This document shows, piece by piece, positions 60,601 through 64,000 of a stretch of DNA of 64,000 nucleotides. The translations under genes and the position numbers were made by a program. The stretch is from contig MU057801.1 in the NCBI GenBank assembly GCA_013265495.1, forward strand, positions 1,047,879 to 1,111,878, given 5' to 3'. The notes beneath the pieces were generated by a model that was not told where the DNA came from, did not search any database, and saw only the letters and a program-made list of their open reading frames with translations. Position 1 is the first letter of the stretch. Every line of letters starts with the position of its first letter. The DNA is from Vicugna vicugna. Lineage: Eukaryota.

Positions 60601-63600
60601 GCCTCGGGGGACGCCGTGGGCAGGTGTTGCCATCAGTGAGCCCGGCTGGCTGGAGTCCCCCAGCCCAGGCCCCAGAGGCAGCTGTGGAAGCCCCCCTGGG
60701 GTAGTCTTTCTGCCACCAGCGGACACTGCAGAGGGCGCCCTCTGCAGGCCTGGCGGGGCTCAGCAGGGGGCAGGCCATTACGCCAGCTCGGGGCTGGGAG
60801 GGATGCAGGAGACTGGTGAGGCCTGGTCCCCTCCTCCAGCCTGTACTGCCTTGTTGAGGTGCCTGAGCTGAGATACGAGTGCCAAGAGCCTCGTCGAGAC
60901 GCCAAGGAGGCAGAAGGGAATTCTCTGTTCCGGGGTCTCTGTCAGGACCAAGGACAGCCTTTGGTGGCTGTCCCGTCCCCTCTACTGACCCCAGTGCTGT
61001 CCCGGGCCGGCTCCACGCATGTCACCGGCAGAAGTCACGGTAATGGGCTGAGATGGAAGCAGCCTTTTTTGCAAAAAGCCAGACCGTAAACATTCCCTCC
61101 TCTCCCCGCCTCCCCGTCCCTGTGCCCCCAAGTGTCAGCTCCGGGGTGGTACAGGAGCAGCCGGTGGAGGATGCCAGGCGATGCCCTTGGCTGCAGCTTC
61201 TCCTTCCCTTCCTGGGCTCCATTCCCTCAAGGCCACTGTCCAGACACAGCATGTCTCCACTGCTCTGACCACGCCATGTGCCCACGCCCTGCGTGGTCCC
61301 GGGAGCACAGGTGTGCCCCCAGCTCGTACCTGGATCCTGTGCCCACCTGGAGCCCCACCCAAGGTGGGTGAGTTCCAGTGGGGACGGGGTCCTCAGAGCA
61401 AGGCTGAGATGCAGCCTGGGGGTTGGGGGCAATCTGCACACTTTCCTCCTCTCTGTTGCTTATGGCTCACGGTACTTCCAGTGTTTCACTTCTGTTCCTC
61501 ACTTCTGAAGAGCAGACTTTGAGCCGTTGGTGGCGGGCTTCTGGGAGAACCAAATTCATTTTAAGGTGGGATTAGAAAAGGAAGACTCAAGCTGGATGCC
61601 TGCGTGGGCAGGCCTCCCCCAGCGAGGACTCTGTGGGGAGTGCGTGCGGTAGGCCAAGCAGGTAAAACAGCTGGAAGCCAAAAGTGAAGCAGAAGTGAGC
61701 GCTTAGTATGCTTTCTTGTACTTTTGTACTTCATCGCACCGTGGGGAGTCCTGGTTGGGAGACGGACAGTGGTACCTTCACGTCCGAGGGGTGTGAGCAG
61801 GCGTTCTAAGTCCCAGTCTTTCATGGCTGTCTGCTAGCTGTCTCACTTTTTCTCACTACCTTCCTTCGTCAGTGTAAGTTCATTTTAATTTGCATGTCAT
61901 TTTGATGGACTGAATGTCTGTGTGAGTCTGCTGCTTGGGAGTAGATGTTTTCCAGCCTTCACTCTCAGAGCAGGGAGGGCTTTTTCTGAGCCAAGTGGGG
62001 AGCTGGAGCCCCCAGAGCTCCCAAGGGGAAAGCGCGCTGAGACCAAGGGCCCTGCAGCCGCCACCGGGGTCCCCGGCCGCTCAGGGCGCGTCCTGGCTTC
62101 AGGCTGGGTGTCCCTGTTGAAGGGCAGAGGGAAACACCCATGAGAAATTCCGGCCTTCCAGTGGCTCCTTAAGGAACTTAAAGGAAAGAAAGAAAGAAAG
62201 AAAGGCGGCCTGGGAGAGGGACTAGTTCTGAGAATTGCAATGGGGCAGGATCAGGTCTGTTTTGAAGCCAACGAGGGGGAAAAGGCACGGGTTTGCTCAC
62301 GCAGCAGGATGTTAGCGCACAGGGCGGGACGGCGCCGCGAAGCCCAGCCCGGTCCAGCTGTCGGCCTGGTTGCTCTGTCTCCAGGTGAAGAGAAGGGGCC
62401 CTTGTTTCCCCGGGAAAGAGAGGAGCCTTGTTTGCTGACCCCTGGTCCCGGCCTGCTGAGGACCGCCCCTCCTCTGGCCTTTGTCCTCGGTCCCCTCCCC
62501 ACCCCCCTCCTGGCTTTGTGCGCCCTTCAAGTGGCCCCCTGGGAGGGACCACCCAGGGGGCTGCACAATGGGGCTGAGGTTGCCATCAAAACATGGGCCT
62601 GGAGGCCAGCCTGTGAAAAGAGAAGCGCTGTTGAGCTGTGTGTGTCTGTCCTTCCTACAGCCGTCTCGTGTGCAGACAGAGCCCCTGATGAGCTTCACTG
62701 TGGCCGCACGTACAGCTGCTCCAGCAGGCGGCCGGCGGGCTGGACAGGGTGGCTTCCAGTGTGTGTTCCCAGGGCGCTCATTCTGGATGCGGTTTATACG
62801 TTCACACGTCTGGATTCCTGGTCGGGAAGTTTGATATCACAGCAAACAAATCGCGCTGCCTTGATGAAACTGTTTTATCAGCCGTCCTCAGTGTTGGAGG
62901 CTGGCGTTGCTCTTGGGTGAAATTTGTCTGTGATTTTGCTGAACAAAAGCTGGCAGCCCGGGATTCAGCCCTCAACAGCATTTACACCTCTGTAAAGGGA
63001 TTAGCTCAGGCCGATTGTTACCCTGTTTAAATCTCAATTTGCATCTTCATGGAAGCGGCGCTTCTCTGGGCCTCTCTGCTTCTCAGCTGTGTTTGGTACC
63101 TGTGGGTGGGAGGTCAGGGAGGTTTTCTCTGGTTGGTGTAGGTGCTAAATTGCTTCGGGAGGACCAGTGAGCGACACACATTCAGTTGGCGGCTCAGGCT
63201 TTGACTGACAGCCGTCGGCTCCGGTTCGTTAGTTACATTTTGCAGCAGTTGTGGGCTTTGAGCGTTTGGTGCGTGAATGCATTCTGTTACTTGTGCTTAA
63301 ACTTAAGAACCTTCATGGGTCTTAGGAGAGTTTTAAATGTTGTTCATCATAATCAACGAATTTCCTTGGGAATTAAGTGCAGAAAACCAGACCTAGGAAC
63401 CGATGAAATGGTAGTTTAAAAATCATCTTTTCCATCCAGACCATGTGTTCTTAGTATAAAGATCAAAGCCACCTTATGTTTTGGAAGGAAGGTGGGACCG
63501 AAGCCAAGAGGAGAAAGAAGTTGCATTTCCAGCCTGGGGGTTTCTGCGAGTTGCGGCGGCCCAGAGGGGCAGGTCGCCCGGTCGCCTCTTCCCACCTGAT

Positions 63601-64000
63601 GTGTTGGGTTATTCCTCAGTTACAGGCTCACACGCACGGCCACCCCTACAGTGATGTCTGTTTGTTGTTGCTCATTCTGAAATAGTTTCCTCCCTAAAAC
63701 TTTGCTCTGGATGTGACCAACTGCTTTATGATTTTTTAAGCTCATTGAGAAGACAATAAAACGTGTTTCTTAAAACTTTTTAACAACGAACATTATATTA
63801 TGTAAATTATGTAAGCAGACTCAGCCCTACTTATAGTCAGTGATCACCAGGCCATTTGAGACTGACTGCTGTCTCCTGGAGAAGATAAAACCCCAGAGTC
63901 AAGCTCGCAGCTCTGCAGCTGAAGCACGGAGTTCTGAGGCCCCCGAAGATGACACCCCCGGCCCTGTGTGATGGTCACCTGCTAGAGTTAAGGGAAAGTT

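Noticed and set aside
62240..62920. 226-aa ORF as a novel gene or KIZ exon 7
   Set aside because: No recognisable domain or kizuna similarity; overlapping ORFs in several frames are typical of GC-rich noncoding DNA.
44054..64000. Further KIZ exons
   Set aside because: No segment with splice sites that I could match to the kizuna C-terminal part; they probably lie beyond the window, though a short divergent exon could be missed by eye.
1..64000. CRISPR array, rRNA or prokaryotic system
   Set aside because: Spliced mammalian gene and mammalian repeats throughout; no regularly spaced repeat-spacer array or rRNA-like sequence.

Overview
Mammalian genomic DNA, very probably a camelid (tRNA-derived SINEs resembling the tylopod Vic-1 family, cetartiodactyl-type L1 3' ends). 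The window holds about 12.4 kb of repeat-rich upstream DNA, a CpG-island promoter containing a 78-N gap, and coding exons 1-6 of KIZ (kizuna centrosomal protein, PLK1S1) on the + strand. The six exons splice into an open 1370-nt frame (456 codons + 2 nt) with GT-AG junctions. Intron 6 runs off the end of the window. The rest is L1, L2, MIR, MaLR/ERVL LTRs, Tigger1/MER3 DNA transposons, SINEs and microsatellites. I see no convincing new gene system. The best leads are: an unassigned ~96-nt retroposed RNA with A-tail and TSD (48568-48693); an 83-bp dispersed direct duplication in intron 3; inverted SINEs bracketing exon 3; repeated retrotransposon insertion at single sites, including a likely 3' transduction; a weak exon-5 donor with a competing poison donor; and local AT->GC substitution bias in old repeats. 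Repeat family names and human comparisons are from memory, not from a search, and most repeat boundaries are approximate.
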